The notes under the pieces are model-generated. The model worked only from the letters and a program-made list of their open reading frames with translations, searched no databases and was not told where the DNA came from. Below, piece by piece: positions 63,313-64,000 of a stretch of DNA of 64,000 bases. Position numbers and translations under genes: made by a program. The first letter of the stretch is position 1, and every line of letters begins with the position of its first letter. Source of the DNA: Bacteroidales bacterium (GTDB lineage Bacteria > Bacteroidota > Bacteroidia > Bacteroidales > WCHB1-69). The stretch covers positions 572-64,571 of the forward strand of contig JAKSMC010000011.1 in assembly GCA_024400835.1 (NCBI GenBank), in the 5' to 3' direction.

Positions 63313-64000
63313 ATGTACACATTTAACGCTTTAGAAACAAAGAACAAACTCGTGGCTTGGATCCGCGATTGGTTTGAAAAAAACGGTAACGGCTGCAATG
63401 CAGTTGTTGGACTTTCCGGTGGCAAAGATTCCACCATTATGGCCGCACTTTGTGTGGAGGCCCTCGGCAAGGACCGCGTTATTGGCGTGGGCATGCCCGA
63501 CAAAGGACAGGACTTGCACGGTGCCGACCGTATCGCTGCCTATTTCGGCATTCGCTTCATCGAAGCCAACATCGGCGGTATGACGACTGCGCTGAAACAG
63601 ATGTTCGCCGATGGCAAGAATCAGACGGAAAATCCCTGGGGCTTCGACATGTCCGTGCAGGCAGAGCAGAACATGCCGCCGCGCCTGCGTATGGTGACGC
63701 TGTACGCTATCAGCCAGTCTAACAATGGCCGTGTGATGGGAACCTGCAACCTGAGCGAGAACTACATCGGCTATCTCACCAAGTTCGGTGATGGTGCTTC
63801 CGATGTGGAGCCTATGGCTAACCTCACAGTGACCGAATTGCTCCAAATCGGTGATCTGATGGGTATTCCTGCAGAATGGGTGCACAAAATCCCGACCGAT
63901 GACCTACCTCATTCCAAAACCGATGAGGAAAAGTTCGGTTTCACTTATGCCACGTTGGACAAATATATCCGTGGCTTGGAAACTCCGGAACCGGAAATCA
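63313..64000 (+). CDS. nadE: NH3-dependent NAD+ synthetase, 3' end outside the window
   Basis: Hand translation: MYTFNALETKNKLVAWIRDWFEKNGNGCNAVVGLSGGKDSTIMAAL (SGGxDS PP-loop)...PPRLRMVTLYAISQ...GTCNLSENYIGYLTKFGDGASDVEP. It is not in the ORF track because it has no stop in the window. Confidence 0.9.
   Translation, partial: MYTFNALETKNKLVAWIRDWFEKNGNGCNAVVGLSGGKDSTIMAALCVEALGKDRVIGVGMPDKGQDLHGADRIAAYFGIRFIEANIGGMTTALKQMFADGKNQTENPWGFDMSVQAEQNMPPRLRMVTLYAISQSNNGRVMGTCNLSENYIGYLTKFGDGASDVEPMANLTVTELLQIGDLMGIPAEWVHKIPTDDLPHSKTDEEKFGFTYATLDKYIRGLETPEPEI

Noticed and set aside
1-64000. tRNA, rRNA, tmRNA, IS elements, integrases, prophage genes
   Set aside because: All intergenic gaps are under ~320 bp. 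They are accounted for by promoters, terminators, leader repeats or the riboswitch. No T-loop-like GGTTCGAATCC context lies outside coding sequence, and no transposase or recombinase motifs were seen.

Overview
About 64 kb of a Bacteroidota chromosome, Prevotella/Bacteroidales-like. The phylum call rests on several features read from the sequence. TAnnTTTG-type -7 promoter boxes sit ahead of many genes. There is a T9SS C-terminal sorting domain, two FISUMP-domain giant surface proteins and a CarboxypepD_reg-type TonB-dependent receptor. The bamD-rpoZ-coaBC-DUF4835-recN synteny and a Na+-pumping methylmalonyl-CoA decarboxylase operon are also present. Most of the window is core housekeeping: folC, exbBD-tonB, ftsK, lolA, rpmB, trmD, xseB, recN, coaBC, bamD, rpsT and nadE. 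It also holds envelope and surface genes: a C10 peptidase, two MscS-family channels, an O-antigen-ligase-like gene and an MBOAT + 2x SGNH cluster. No rRNA, tRNA, CRISPR, transposase or integrase gene was recognised. The stand-out is a visibly AT-rich ~11.4 kb island (about 42.8-54.25 kb) wedged between bamD and the MBOAT cluster. It holds two divergent arrays, four cassettes on the minus strand and three on the plus. Each cassette is [conserved non-coding leader] - [short ORF = RHS core tail + variable C-terminal toxin] - [small immunity-like ORF, secreted or membrane-anchored]. There is no RHS shell gene, delivery domain or recombinase in the window, and a cassette-less leader copy faces outward at each end. 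A second clear call is a cobalamin riboswitch placed between a TonB-dependent receptor gene and a beta-propeller lipoprotein gene, so it controls only the lipoprotein. All domain calls come from motif recognition by eye. No database search or numerical composition calculation was run.
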